Shown here: piece after piece, positions 1 through 9,810 of the stretch | How the letters are laid out: each line of letters opens with the position of its first letter | Numbering within the stretch: the first letter of the stretch is position 1 | Virus record (IMG/VR): IMGVR_UViG_3300042741_000094 | Span: 1 to 41,958 of that record | Origin: a virus | Lineage: Duplodnaviria; Caudoviricetes | Strand: one strand, 5' to 3' | Length of the DNA: 41,958 nucleotides | Translations under genes and position numbers: made by a program | Notes under the pieces: generated by a model | Told to the model about the DNA's origin: nothing | Databases searched by the model: none | What the model saw: the letters and a program-made list of their open reading frames with translations, nothing else

Positions 1-127
1 TGTAATAAGGTAACGACGTGTTACCACTTATCACATTCACTTTTATCCCGTACGCAGGGCTGAAATTAGCTATGTGCTGCATGATGTATTCACGCCCTTC
101 ATTACGTACAATCAATTCAGTTACGTC
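1..127. repeat. Terminal direct repeat, left copy (circular assembly overlap)
   Basis: 1-127 is identical to 41832-41958; 127 bp is a common assembler k-mer, so the genome is about 41831 bp and circular or permuted. Confidence 0.95.
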
Positions 128-259
128 TATCTCCTGAACACTTACCTCGCTTGCTGTTTGACCCGCTGTAACATCGTCAGGAAACACACTCTTAAATGAT
201 AGGCTTCGATTGTTGGATATCGGGAAATTAAACCCGTCATCTGTGGCTATTCTGATCAT
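1..259 (-). CDS. N-terminal part of the origin-spanning tail protein (continues in 40375-41958)
   Basis: ATG at 259 overlaps the tape-measure TGA (ATGA); open frame MIRIATDDGFNF...EIDVTELIVRNEGREY runs into the 523-aa ORF, giving about 571 aa. Confidence 0.85.
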   Translation of the reverse strand, partial: MIRIATDDGFNFPISNNRSLSFKSVFPDDVTAGQTASEVSVQEIDVTELIVRNEGREYIMQHIANFSPAYGIKVNVISGNTSLPYY

Positions 260-3200
260 GGTAGTAGGAATTTATCGCGTTTGGTTTGGGTCAGATTGCC
301 TTGTTTTACCCGCGAAACAAGCGTAAAACCCTCTCTTACCACTTCATCAATTCCAAATCCGTATTCAGGTTTGTTTTCGATAACCCTTGTCAATTGCTCT
401 AACTTGCGATTAGTTTCTATCAGGTGTTGGGTATTATCCACCTGCTTCATGGTGTAAACTGGCTTTTCATCAACTAATTGCCCTGTTCTCCATTTGTAGC
501 TGACATCCGCGATCTGATCCGTGGTCATGCCTCCTGTTTTCTGTGAATTGGTAGGGTCAAGTATCTTCTCGTTACCATGCGCTCTTATCAGGTATCCATC
601 TGTTCCGGGAATCAAAGGATTTCCGAAGGCATCCGCTACCGTGGTATTTGTTCCCGAATGAAATCCGCGAACGCCAGCCATTAACGCTTGTAAAGTCGCA
701 ATGTCAACGCCTGTTTTAGCGATGGCTTTGGATGGTGGTGAAATGGTTTCAATGTTTTTCAGCGCAATATTGTACGCTGTTTCAACTTGCTTTAATCGTT
801 CGATTCGCTTTTGAGCGGCTATTTTTTTCTCCGTGGCCGCATCAATTTTAGCTTGTTGATCTGCTAATGATTCATCCGCTTTTATATTCCCGTTTTCAGC
901 CAGTTTTTGAAGGTAATTGAAATTGTTTTGAGCCGCGTTGCGCTCATCTTCATACATTTGAATTAAACGTTCATTTACCCGAATGCGCTCATCTAAGATC
1001 ACTTTCATTCCCGTTTTAGCCAAATCCCCTACCTGTTTCCAAAGTTCTTTTTGTTTGTCTTTGTCTTTTTTATCCAGTTCGTTTTTCTTCTCGTAATAGT
1101 CAATCTGAGCATCAATTAATTCGTTGTTTCTGCTTCTCAAATCATCTAAACGCTGTTGATCCAATTCGGATAAATCCTTGTTTTTTTCAAGTTCGAGTAT
1201 GGCAATTTTGTTACCTGTGATTTCAGACTGCCTTACTCTTTCTTCGTTGAGTTTTTCAAGTTCAATCTGATATTTTTTTTCTATTTCTTCGCGATCTTTT
1301 GCTGTTAATTTGGATTGCTTTAACTCTTCAATTCGAGCTAAATCCTCCATGGTTTTTTTTTCTTTTATTTCAAGACGCTTTAACTGCCTTTGCTCACTTA
1401 CAGTTAATTCCCCTTGCTTTAATTGTTCATCACGCTTCTCCTTCAGTTCTTTTTTCGCGTTCGTAAAATCTTCATCAGCCTTCCTTTTCTCGGAAGCAAC
1501 ATCATCAATAAATTGCTGTTCACGCGCTTTTCGCTTCATGTCTTGCTCCTTATTAATCAATTCATCCAATAAGTCCGTTTTTATCTGTCCTGTTTCAGAA
1601 GCAAGGCGCAACTGTTCCGTCATTTCAGCATCAACAGCATCCTTTGCCGCTCTCACTTGTTCATCAAATTGAAGTCTTTTTCTTGCCCCTTGTAAATCAG
1701 CAATGTTTTCTAAATTCAAATGAACGGATTCAATTTCTGTGTTTACTTGACGAATAATATCCCTTTGATTTTTCGTGTTCTCATTAATTTGGATTTGATT
1801 CCTTATAATATCTGAATCAATGTCTTTATAAGTTTGTCGTAATTCATTAATAATAGCCTGACTTTCTGCCATGCTTCGTTTGGCAACGTCAATACGCGCA
1901 AACCTTCGTGTAATCAAGTCGTTATTGTCAGATATACCTTGTTCACGAAGTGCTTTTATTTCGGATGCCGCTTGTTGCGCTCTTTGTTTGGCTATTTTAT
2001 AATCATTCTGATATTCCTGAATTTGAAATTGCAGCTTTACTTTAGCAAGGTTGTTTAGCCGCTTAATTTCCTTATCATATTCGGTCTGACTTATTTTGCC
2101 TTTTGACTTTGCGAGTTCCAATTGCTGTTTTTCTGCTTCAAGAGCTTCGATTAATACTTTTACATATTTACTCCCGTATTCAGTGCCCTCATTTATTGAT
2201 TTTTGAAGGGCTTCGTGTTGCTCTCTTGCTGCCTCTGCTCCACTTGCGACATCCCAAAACTTTAATGCTAATTCAGTCAAGGCGGTTATCAGTAAAGTGA
2301 TGCCTATCCCTTTTAAAGCGTTTCCAAACGCCTTTCCTTTTTTAGCTGCTTCCCCTGTTGCTTCGCCACTTTCTTTGACTGCCTGTCCGTATTTCCGCCA
2401 TAAATCGTAATTTTCACGAAGTTTAAGCGTAGCCTGAACACCTTTATAAATTAAAAAAGCCTTCCCTAATTCATAAACTGATTTTATGATTGTGGTGAAA
2501 TTGTCGGCTAAAAAATTAATTCCTGATGCTAATTTTTGAGTGATTCCGTTTGCATTATTGAAATCATTTACACTTTCTGAAATCACATTTTTTAAACGAT
2601 TCCACGCCCCGCCAACTGTTTCAATATTCTTTTGTGCGCTTGCCCCGTATGTTTTTTCAAGTTGTTCGGCAAGTTTTGGCAGCGCATCCACGGCTAAAAC
2701 CTCGCCTTTTTGAAGCATTTTGTTTAATTCACGAGTTGTAACTCCAAGACCTTTAGCCATTAAATCAAATGCTTGAGGTAAGCGTTCTGCAAGCTGCCCC
2801 CTTAATTCCTCTGCCTGTACAGTTCCTTTTGAAAACATTTGGTTAATAGAAAGTAAAGCCCCTTGCGTTTGATCTGTTGACAATCCAAGTGCAGAAGACG
2901 ATTTGATAACGCTTTCGTATATCTTATTCAAGCCGCCAAGTGCCAGTCCACTTGTTTTTGACGAGGCAATAAACGATTTGTATGTGTCAGTTATAACAAG
3001 CAAATCCTGCCCGTATTTATCTGATAATTCACGGGTATATCGAATTGCTTTATTATATTGGTTGGTGCTATCTGTTACGTTTTTCAGTGCCAATTGAAGC
3101 CTTTGTAATTGAACCTCGCGGCCTGCTACAAATCGAATCGTTTCCATTAATCCAAATGCAGCCGCCACACGAACAACCATTCCACGAAGTCCGCTTAATG

Positions 3201-3783
3201 CCTTTTCGTACATCCCCACTTTACGGAAATTATCACCTACATTGCTATCCAGTTTCTTTAGTTGTTTATCCAGTTTTGATGCTTCTCTCGTTGTTTCTTT
3301 GTACTGCCGTTCAAGTTTCTTATACTCAGTTGTAGCCCCTTTTCCTGATTCTTCTAATGCTATCATTTCAGCCCCCAAACGCTTACTTTCATTTTTCAAA
3401 TCCCTTGTCCTGTCGGAAAGTTCTTTATACGCATTGCTTTGGTTCTTAATGCTTTTAGCTTGCCGTTCTGTTTCATCTGTACTTAATCTTTGAGCCTTCG
3501 CAAGCCTCGTTTGAATTTCAATTTCACGGGCTTGAATTGACTGAGCTTCGAGATATGCTTTATTTACGTCATTGATCGCCTTTTCAGTCGCGGCCAGTTC
3601 TTTTGCTGTGCTTGTTGACATGGGCTTATTAAGCATTTTCCGGCTCGTTTCGGCAACTTTAGCCATCAACTTATCAGATTCGTGAAGCCGTTCGATTAGA
3701 TCATCAAATTGCTTTATAGCTGGGTTTAGAAAGCCTGATTCAACTACTTCACTCCCTTTTATTGCCTTACCTTCTGCTGCCAT
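256..3783 (-). CDS. Tail tape measure protein
   Basis: 1175 aa, long coiled coils, tape-measure motif QMFSKGTVQAEELRGQLAERLP, hydrophobic segment, position downstream of tail genes. Confidence 0.92.
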   Translation of the reverse strand: MAAEGKAIKGSEVVESGFLNPAIKQFDDLIERLHESDKLMAKVAETSRKMLNKPMSTSTAKELAATEKAINDVNKAYLEAQSIQAREIEIQTRLAKAQRLSTDETERQAKSIKNQSNAYKELSDRTRDLKNESKRLGAEMIALEESGKGATTEYKKLERQYKETTREASKLDKQLKKLDSNVGDNFRKVGMYEKALSGLRGMVVRVAAAFGLMETIRFVAGREVQLQRLQLALKNVTDSTNQYNKAIRYTRELSDKYGQDLLVITDTYKSFIASSKTSGLALGGLNKIYESVIKSSSALGLSTDQTQGALLSINQMFSKGTVQAEELRGQLAERLPQAFDLMAKGLGVTTRELNKMLQKGEVLAVDALPKLAEQLEKTYGASAQKNIETVGGAWNRLKNVISESVNDFNNANGITQKLASGINFLADNFTTIIKSVYELGKAFLIYKGVQATLKLRENYDLWRKYGQAVKESGEATGEAAKKGKAFGNALKGIGITLLITALTELALKFWDVASGAEAAREQHEALQKSINEGTEYGSKYVKVLIEALEAEKQQLELAKSKGKISQTEYDKEIKRLNNLAKVKLQFQIQEYQNDYKIAKQRAQQAASEIKALREQGISDNNDLITRRFARIDVAKRSMAESQAIINELRQTYKDIDSDIIRNQIQINENTKNQRDIIRQVNTEIESVHLNLENIADLQGARKRLQFDEQVRAAKDAVDAEMTEQLRLASETGQIKTDLLDELINKEQDMKRKAREQQFIDDVASEKRKADEDFTNAKKELKEKRDEQLKQGELTVSEQRQLKRLEIKEKKTMEDLARIEELKQSKLTAKDREEIEKKYQIELEKLNEERVRQSEITGNKIAILELEKNKDLSELDQQRLDDLRSRNNELIDAQIDYYEKKNELDKKDKDKQKELWKQVGDLAKTGMKVILDERIRVNERLIQMYEDERNAAQNNFNYLQKLAENGNIKADESLADQQAKIDAATEKKIAAQKRIERLKQVETAYNIALKNIETISPPSKAIAKTGVDIATLQALMAGVRGFHSGTNTTVADAFGNPLIPGTDGYLIRAHGNEKILDPTNSQKTGGMTTDQIADVSYKWRTGQLVDEKPVYTMKQVDNTQHLIETNRKLEQLTRVIENKPEYGFGIDEVVREGFTLVSRVKQGNLTQTKRDKFLLP

Positions 3784-4328
3784 TATGCTGATGCTTTATG
3801 TTGTTGTTCAATGTCGTTTAAGATACTCTTATAGTCGTAAACGGTTATTTCTTTTGGATTTACATGGAATCCCTGTGCTTTGTCGATGTGCCGTTTCAGG
3901 TCAATTAAAGCCACTCCTTTATTGCTGTTTAACTCATCTTCAATCTGCTTTTGCAACTCGTTGATTATCGGAGTTAATGATTCGTCACGACTGATCACCT
4001 CAACCCATTCACCTTCAATTTCAATGTGTTTTCGACTTGATGAAAGGATGTAATCATTTTGAATCCGGGCTAATTGAATCCTTAATCCCAGGATTCTTTG
4101 ATAACTCTCAGACAGCCCAAATTCATCAATATAGCTATCCTGAATTTCTTTCCATGCATGCATGTCCTCTTCATTCGGCTCATCGCTTTCGGTTGCCTTC
4201 ATGCGCGCATATTGGTAATTACCCTTGCTCATCATATCCCATGCAAACAAGGTGCAATCACGCACCGACAAATAGCGTTTTACTGATGATGTCAATGTAT
4301 CTGTTTTTGATTCGCTTCCTGAGTTCAT
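3783..4328 (-). CDS. Putative tail assembly chaperone-like protein
   Basis: Immediately upstream of and coupled (TAATG) to the tape measure; helical; function from position only. Confidence 0.5.
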   Translation of the reverse strand: MNSGSESKTDTLTSSVKRYLSVRDCTLFAWDMMSKGNYQYARMKATESDEPNEEDMHAWKEIQDSYIDEFGLSESYQRILGLRIQLARIQNDYILSSSRKHIEIEGEWVEVISRDESLTPIINELQKQIEDELNSNKGVALIDLKRHIDKAQGFHVNPKEITVYDYKSILNDIEQQHKASA

Positions 4329-4713
4329 TTAGTTCCTTTTGATTCAATGATATGATGTCTTTGCCGTATTTGTCGAATAGGTTAACTTCCCTTTTATTGC
4401 CGTCCGCTTTGATGAATATTTCATCACGGAAAACTAAAACAATTATTGACCTTTGAAAGTCTCCGGTGTCGAATAAGGTGTAAGGTGTTCCGGCTTTTTT
4501 GTGACCGTTTGTCAGCCAATCAGTATAATATGAATAATAACCTATAACATTTCCGTTGCCATCTTCTCCTGTTGTAATTAGCCGTTTTCTGATCCACTTT
4601 ACGATGTCCTGTTTTGTTGCCTGATCAAACGCCTCAAACCACATTAACTCCTCATTAAGAAGTGTCGCTCCTCTTTTAGCGATCATTGCCAAACGTGTAT
4701 TTATAAACGGCAT
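4258..4713 (-). CDS. Putative neck/tail completion protein
   Basis: TLFDTGDFQRSI resembles the HK97 gp10-like DTG-L-SI motif; start moved to 4713 because the ATG at 4743 lies inside a terminator. Confidence 0.55.
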   Translation of the reverse strand: MPFINTRLAMIAKRGATLLNEELMWFEAFDQATKQDIVKWIRKRLITTGEDGNGNVIGYYSYYTDWLTNGHKKAGTPYTLFDTGDFQRSIIVLVFRDEIFIKADGNKREVNLFDKYGKDIISLNQKELNELRKRIKNRYIDIISKTLFVGA

Positions 4714-4725
4714 ATCCGGCGTATT

Positions 4726-4760
4726 AAAAAAGGGGAAGGGCATTGACTACCGTTCCCCTT
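4726..4760 (-). terminator. Rho-independent terminator after the major-tail region
   Basis: Minus strand AAGGGGAACGG-loop-CCCTTCCCCTT followed by a T run. Confidence 0.7.
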
Positions 4761-4785
4761 AATTGTTTGTTGTTAGAGTTGTTTT

Positions 4786-4989
4786 TTACTTTCCTTCTAC
4801 GGGTTCTGCCTTTGGTTTTGCTTCAACCGTTGGTTTCTTTGGGTTGCAGAGTTCCCACGCTTTGGTGATCACTTTGTCATCCAGTTTCAACCGTGGAAAC
4901 TTTGCTTTCGCCTCTTCCAGCGTTATACCTTTCAGCGCGTCTTTACGCACTTCAAAATTCCCTACTTTTACTGTTTCTAAACTTTCCAT
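4786..4989 (-). CDS. Hypothetical protein (tail region)
   Basis: 67-aa ORF co-oriented in the structural operon. Confidence 0.7.
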   Translation of the reverse strand: MESLETVKVGNFEVRKDALKGITLEEAKAKFPRLKLDDKVITKAWELCNPKKPTVEAKPKAEPVEGK

Positions 4990-4999
4990 GATTTACGAA

Positions 5000-6001
5000 T
5001 TAAGGTTCAACATTAAAAGTAACACTACCAAGGTAGTTAACCGCCTGTGATGAATCAATGGTAAGATTCAAAGTAATCAAGTCACCTGTATCCCAATCAT
5101 CCGCTATATCAATAGCAATGTCGTAAACTCCGGTGGTTGATGAAGTAACACCTTGGGGTCCGCCTGTCGGAATAGACAGGTTGCTATGGTTTTCCCAATT
5201 CCAACGAGCGATGGCATCAAGCCCGATAACATCGCCTTGATTGTCAAACGGTGTGATTGCCCCTTGGCGGTGAATTGTGTTCACGACAACGGTAGCTGAA
5301 ACGGAGTCACTTCCATTAACATTCAGGTTACAGTGTACGATTTTAGGGGGGTTAATGAAGTCAAACACCACCGGTGTAGAATCTGAAACAGAAGCATGAA
5401 GATTATTTCCATTTACGATGTAGAAGTCCTCCGGTTTCGCTGTCTGTCCAAATTGGATTTCAATCGCAATTTTTCCGGTTGCTGCACTGTTCGCGAACGA
5501 AAATAATCCGTCAGTTCCGCGTGAGTTGATAGGGATTCCGCCCCATTCGTAAGTGACGTTACCGAATGCGTCAACGGTAGCGAATTTCTGACCCACCGCT
5601 TGATTGTTGATGTCAAAACCGATAATTGACCAATCGTTACATTGCAAGTTGTGGATTTGACCAAAAAGCCCGAATTGTGCTTCGCGTTCCCAAAATTCAG
5701 CCGTAACCATCATGGGATTTGTACGGGTTTTGTACCGATAACCAGCATCATTTTCAACGAACGTAGAGGCTACCCCGTCAATCATAATGTTTTGAAGTGT
5801 TGGGAGCGCGTAGATTCTAGTTTCAGGATCATTCGATAGGTATCCTGAAGCGAATGTGGTTCGGTAAATCGCGTTAACTGGAACACGAAAAGAACTTGGC
5901 ACGATTGCAAAACCGTGCATTTTTTTCATAAACGAAACGCAATCCGGAATCCCTAAATTTTGCCGCTGGCAATGATCGTCTAAACAAATTTGTTCTGCCA
6001 T
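5000..6001 (-). CDS. Putative major tail (tube) protein
   Basis: 333 aa, beta-rich, between head-tail joining genes and tape measure; possible Ig-like C-terminal domain. Confidence 0.6.
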   Translation of the reverse strand: MAEQICLDDHCQRQNLGIPDCVSFMKKMHGFAIVPSSFRVPVNAIYRTTFASGYLSNDPETRIYALPTLQNIMIDGVASTFVENDAGYRYKTRTNPMMVTAEFWEREAQFGLFGQIHNLQCNDWSIIGFDINNQAVGQKFATVDAFGNVTYEWGGIPINSRGTDGLFSFANSAATGKIAIEIQFGQTAKPEDFYIVNGNNLHASVSDSTPVVFDFINPPKIVHCNLNVNGSDSVSATVVVNTIHRQGAITPFDNQGDVIGLDAIARWNWENHSNLSIPTGGPQGVTSSTTGVYDIAIDIADDWDTGDLITLNLTIDSSQAVNYLGSVTFNVEP

Positions 6002-6022
6002 TTTTTCTATTTTTTTAGTTTG

Positions 6023-6742
6023 TTAACAAATAATACATTCATCCCCTCTTTTAAAAACGGCAAGGGAAAACCGTGTTTGGATGCCTCCGAGGTTACTGTC
6101 AATGATGGCTTTTTGCTCACCGTTTTTATCATACTCACTGAATCTCGTGAGCGTGGTGTCCTCATAACTAACTACTGATCCGTTGACCCATGGAGTGCGC
6201 TCAACTGTTGTTTTGAACTCTTGAACCATTGCCATGATTGGCGGGACAATAACGGTGTTAATGTGTTCTTCTGTTACTAAGTTGTAATCCACTTGATTCA
6301 GGAAGTACATAAGGCACTGCATTTCAGTTTCAACGCTGCTCCCCGCGAACGGCTTAGATTGTGGTGTTGGAGTGGCTAAGATGATGATTGGGAGCTTGTT
6401 TGACCATAAACTACCCCGTTTATCCCATTCATCTGTCACCACATTCTTAGTGCCCGACTGATAATTAGTCATTATCTCAGGTAGGTAGTTCGTCCAGTCA
6501 AATACGGCTGATTTATCAACCGAAACAACCTGACCAAATATCGAGGTAACTAAACCGAAAACCTGATCCCTGCCTGATAATCCATGATACAAACGACTGC
6601 CAACAGTGAGCCATTTTAATGACCCGCAAATGGTTAAATCAGCCGTTGCGATGTTGTCAACAATTGAAGCCACCTTCACTGTTTTATTCATCATTGTGAC
6701 CAATTCACTTATCGTATTCGCTGCGTTTACTATCATGGTCAA
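6023..6742 (-). CDS. Putative tail terminator / head-tail joining protein
   Basis: Position between adaptor and major tail; ATGA-coupled to the upstream gene. Confidence 0.5.
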   Translation of the reverse strand: MTMIVNAANTISELVTMMNKTVKVASIVDNIATADLTICGSLKWLTVGSRLYHGLSGRDQVFGLVTSIFGQVVSVDKSAVFDWTNYLPEIMTNYQSGTKNVVTDEWDKRGSLWSNKLPIIILATPTPQSKPFAGSSVETEMQCLMYFLNQVDYNLVTEEHINTVIVPPIMAMVQEFKTTVERTPWVNGSVVSYEDTTLTRFSEYDKNGEQKAIIDSNLGGIQTRFSLAVFKRGDECIIC

Positions 6743-7218
6743 AAAATCATGTAACCAAGGTCAAGACCTTTAAACTCAGGGAACAAATCGGCTTTATCCA
6801 TGCAATAGGCTTGAATAGCCTTGTATGTATCGATTGCCTCGTTGTATCTATCCCTGATGAAAATCGGGCTTATCGGTTTTGTGTTAGAAGTTTGAACCTC
6901 TCTATTTCCCGATGCAGTAGCCACTAAAAGCGCATCCTTTTGATAGTTGTAGTAGATCAACCCTTTCAACATTTCATGCACCCCTTTACTCTCGAATTGC
7001 TCGCATCCTATCACAACTGTAAATGGATCGGTAATCTGATCGTAAGGGGACGCATCAATGTCAGCTGACCAAGCATCAAACAATTCGATCCCAAGCAACT
7101 TCCTTAAGTAGTTATCTTGATACGTTGTGATGTAGCTTGTCAGTTTAGCGGTGTCGCCAATCTTCTGAGCAATCTCAAAACGATCTTTAAAATCGAAACT
7201 TGTTATTATGTTGGTCAT
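6739..7218 (-). CDS. Putative head-tail adaptor
   Basis: 159 aa helical protein just downstream of the capsid; position-based. Confidence 0.55.
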   Translation of the reverse strand: MTNIITSFDFKDRFEIAQKIGDTAKLTSYITTYQDNYLRKLLGIELFDAWSADIDASPYDQITDPFTVVIGCEQFESKGVHEMLKGLIYYNYQKDALLVATASGNREVQTSNTKPISPIFIRDRYNEAIDTYKAIQAYCMDKADLFPEFKGLDLGYMIF

Positions 7219-7224
7219 TTCGGG

Positions 7225-7515
7225 TTAATCTGCTTTTCGTTCGTAGTCCGGAAAGTAAGCCGCTAAAAATTGGTTTTGCTTTTCGGTTTTATCACCGGAC
7301 AAGTCAATTCCTTTTTCGTTAGCCAACTTCTCGAGGTCTGCAATTTTCATCCCAAGTACTGATTCAGGGGTTAACTCTGCCCTGAGTTCTTCATCCAAAA
7401 ACTCAACGATACCCCTTGCTTTAAGGCTTGTCGCTGCCGAGTGATCAATACGAGGCGAAACGTCGCCCTTTTTATACCCCGCAAAGTCTTTTAAGAATTT
7501 AACTGTCTTAGCCAT
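7225..7515 (-). CDS. Small head-associated protein with HeH/Rho-N-like C-terminus
   Basis: Follows the capsid gene; MKIADLEKLANEKGIDL resembles HeH/Rho-N-type motifs seen in post-capsid genes. Confidence 0.5.
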   Translation of the reverse strand: MAKTVKFLKDFAGYKKGDVSPRIDHSAATSLKARGIVEFLDEELRAELTPESVLGMKIADLEKLANEKGIDLSGDKTEKQNQFLAAYFPDYERKAD

Positions 7516-7519
7516 GGTG

Positions 7520-8812
7520 TTATGATGCTAAAATTAACAATGCAGCGTCAATGTCATCACAATGCAAAAAGCCTTTCTGGTCACAATTTCGGATGAGGAA
7601 AAGCATTCGTTTGCGCGCCTTGATCATCATGGTGTCCTCGATAAAGTTTGCGTCGATTTGACCGCGAGAAATTACAATACCCGTCTTTTCGTAGATACGC
7701 ATGAAACGGCTGTCGCCTACAACAATTTCATTGTTAGCCATGTCGTTGTTTTCAAGCACGGTCATTTGATCAATTACCTGCCCGTCACGGCTAACAAAAG
7801 GCGGCATGATGTAGTTATCGTTTGCATCCTTTTTCAGCTTCATTCGGTTGATGGTGTTTGTGTTTGCCGAAATCATATTAGGGCTAAACTTGCTCCCGTA
7901 AGGAACAGTAATGTCCTCGCGCATTTTCACGATCAAATCGTAAATTGAAGCGTCTTGAATAGCAGATGCCGTTGCGGTGTACGGTGTGCTTAGATTAAGT
8001 AAGCCGGTAAGGTTTTGACCTGTTCCGTCACCATTTGTTAATTGGTCACTGATAACCAACTCAACGTTGGTTTGCAAGAAGACCTCGAGCTCAGCTGCGA
8101 ACATTTCAGAATCCTCAAGCATTTCCTCAGTAACCGGAATGGTGTCACCTATTTTCTTGAATGTTGCTTGGTATTCCTTCCATTTAGCTGTTGATTCAGG
8201 AAATGTAGCGCCCTCCGCAACCATTGCTGCTGCTCTTGTTATGGTCGCCTCGTCCCAGTCGTAATAACGAATTACACCGTTATTATTATTGTCGTTGACG
8301 CGGATTTTGGTAGCAAAATCGTAAAGCGTAAGCCTACGGTGCGCTAATTGTCCGATTTCCGAAAGCGTGGTGGCGTTTTCGTTATCGGTCACGCTTGCAC
8401 GATTGGTCATTGCTTTTACAACAACCTCTTTTTGATCTCCAGGCATGAGTGCTTTAATAGCCTCTTTATTAGCCTTCAATTGACCTTCCAAGGTGTCTTT
8501 TTTGTTGTTGTCTTGGGTTTTACCCTCGCTTTTTGCTTCGATTTCTGCATACAAAGTATTGACTGATTTTGTCAATTCTTTAAGTTCAGAAGTTTGTTTT
8601 GCGATAAGGGCTGCGTGCGCCTCTTTTTCTGATTCAGCTTTTTCAATCTGCTCATCAAGTGATTTTTGAAGATTGGCCGAAACTGTGTTTGAATGAGAAA
8701 TTGCCAATGCAAGTTGCTCTGATTTTTCGAGCGATTCCCATTTTTCTTTTGCTTTTTCTTTGTCTGTTATTTGGAAATGATCCATAACAAACTTTTCAAG
8801 TGCTTCGTTCAT
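7520..8812 (-). CDS. Major capsid protein, HK97 fold, with N-terminal delta (scaffold) domain
   Basis: Motifs AAMVAEGATFPES, VTEEMLEDS, NGDGTGQNLTGLL, LKKDANDNYIMP, VVGD; coiled-coil N-terminus. Confidence 0.93.
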   Translation of the reverse strand: MNEALEKFVMDHFQITDKEKAKEKWESLEKSEQLALAISHSNTVSANLQKSLDEQIEKAESEKEAHAALIAKQTSELKELTKSVNTLYAEIEAKSEGKTQDNNKKDTLEGQLKANKEAIKALMPGDQKEVVVKAMTNRASVTDNENATTLSEIGQLAHRRLTLYDFATKIRVNDNNNNGVIRYYDWDEATITRAAAMVAEGATFPESTAKWKEYQATFKKIGDTIPVTEEMLEDSEMFAAELEVFLQTNVELVISDQLTNGDGTGQNLTGLLNLSTPYTATASAIQDASIYDLIVKMREDITVPYGSKFSPNMISANTNTINRMKLKKDANDNYIMPPFVSRDGQVIDQMTVLENNDMANNEIVVGDSRFMRIYEKTGIVISRGQIDANFIEDTMMIKARKRMLFLIRNCDQKGFLHCDDIDAALLILAS

Positions 8813-8821
8813 TTTGTGTTT

Positions 8822-9640
8822 TTAAAAAAGATTAAACAATGGTGTGTTTTTCGTTTGAGTGTCGTTTGACGGCTCGTTTTTATTGGAAGTGTCCGTTTCG
8901 GACGGCTTGTAATCTTTGACCCAAATGGTTGGGGTGTATGGATTTGATGCTAATACAACTGGTGATCCTTCGAGTTTTTTTGCTTCGTGAATACCCCAAA
9001 AATAGCCGTATTCATCTGCTACTTCGGGGTTAATGGCTTTTGATCGGTATTCGTTGTAATTAGCCATCATTACTGGATCATCCTCATCAGCATAGAGAAA
9101 TGAAAGCGATACGTAAAGCATTCCGACGCTGTGCATCTTCACTTTTCCATCTACATAAGCATCGAACATTACCGGATTATCTTTTCGTTTGATCACGGCC
9201 TCGTTAATATTGGCTTGACCTACAATGTCTGTTGCGATCCCGTAGTCCGAAAACTTGAATTTCTCATTGTATTGTTTGGCGTTTGCGTCGAGTAACTTGT
9301 TGAACTCTCGCGTATGGCTCTCAAGATGTAATGTTGTCGGGTTGTCGGTTACTGTTTTATTCCAGATTTTAGGCAAATGCAGGTCTAAATGGCTATCAAT
9401 TACATTAGTGGTATTTATCGCTGTTTTTACAAGTATAATGTCACTTGTGACATTGATTTTTGGTGTAAAATCAAGCATTGATTTGTTTTGAAACATGAAT
9501 TGAGAAGAATCCTTATCAGATTTCATTTCCAATCGCTTTAAGCGTATCAATTCACTTTGATTTTCCTTCAAAAACTGAATGAAATCCATTTTATGCGCAA
9601 AACGCTTGTCAGGTGCTTGTTTTATTACGAATCCGCTCAT
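8822..9640 (-). CDS. Prohead maturation protease (HK97-like)
   Basis: Directly upstream of the capsid; DSHLD, H, HSVG, LEGSPV..ASNP pattern matches HK97-type proteases. Confidence 0.75.
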   Translation of the reverse strand: MSGFVIKQAPDKRFAHKMDFIQFLKENQSELIRLKRLEMKSDKDSSQFMFQNKSMLDFTPKINVTSDIILVKTAINTTNVIDSHLDLHLPKIWNKTVTDNPTTLHLESHTREFNKLLDANAKQYNEKFKFSDYGIATDIVGQANINEAVIKRKDNPVMFDAYVDGKVKMHSVGMLYVSLSFLYADEDDPVMMANYNEYRSKAINPEVADEYGYFWGIHEAKKLEGSPVVLASNPYTPTIWVKDYKPSETDTSNKNEPSNDTQTKNTPLFNLF

Positions 9641-9732
9641 TTCTTAACCACTTTACCGTCATTAACTGCCTTCAAACGATCCTTTTTGATAGCTTCTAAT
9701 TGCTCTTTTGTCGGTTGTTTGCTTTTTGACAT
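9637..9732 (-). CDS. Small basic 31-aa protein (not in the ORF track)
   Basis: MSKSKQPTKEQLEAIKKDRLKAVNDGKVVKK*; follows a promoter and is ATGA-coupled to the protease. Confidence 0.65.
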   Translation of the reverse strand: MSKSKQPTKEQLEAIKKDRLKAVNDGKVVKK

Positions 9733-9748
9733 CGCGTTAATTTTACAA

Positions 9749-9786
9749 CAAAACTATGTCTTTTTAATTAAAAACCGATAAATTTG
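9749..9786. promoter_or_regulatory. Back-to-back Bacteroidota-type promoters (head-tail operon leftward, portal rightward)
   Basis: TAGTTTTG on minus (9749-9756) and TAAATTTG on plus (9779-9786) match TAnnTTTG. Confidence 0.65.
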
Positions 9787-9810
9787 AACAAAAAAATTAA
9801 ATTTTAACAG

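Noticed and set aside
4258-4328. Programmed -1 frameshift in tail chaperone genes
   Set aside because: A 71-nt overlap exists, but I found no canonical X XXY YYZ slippery heptamer in frame.
1310-9491. Plus-strand ORFs antisense to structural genes (e.g. 1310-1672, 3045-3335, 7562-7948)
   Set aside because: Shadow frames of long minus-strand genes, with Ser/Phe-rich non-protein-like composition.
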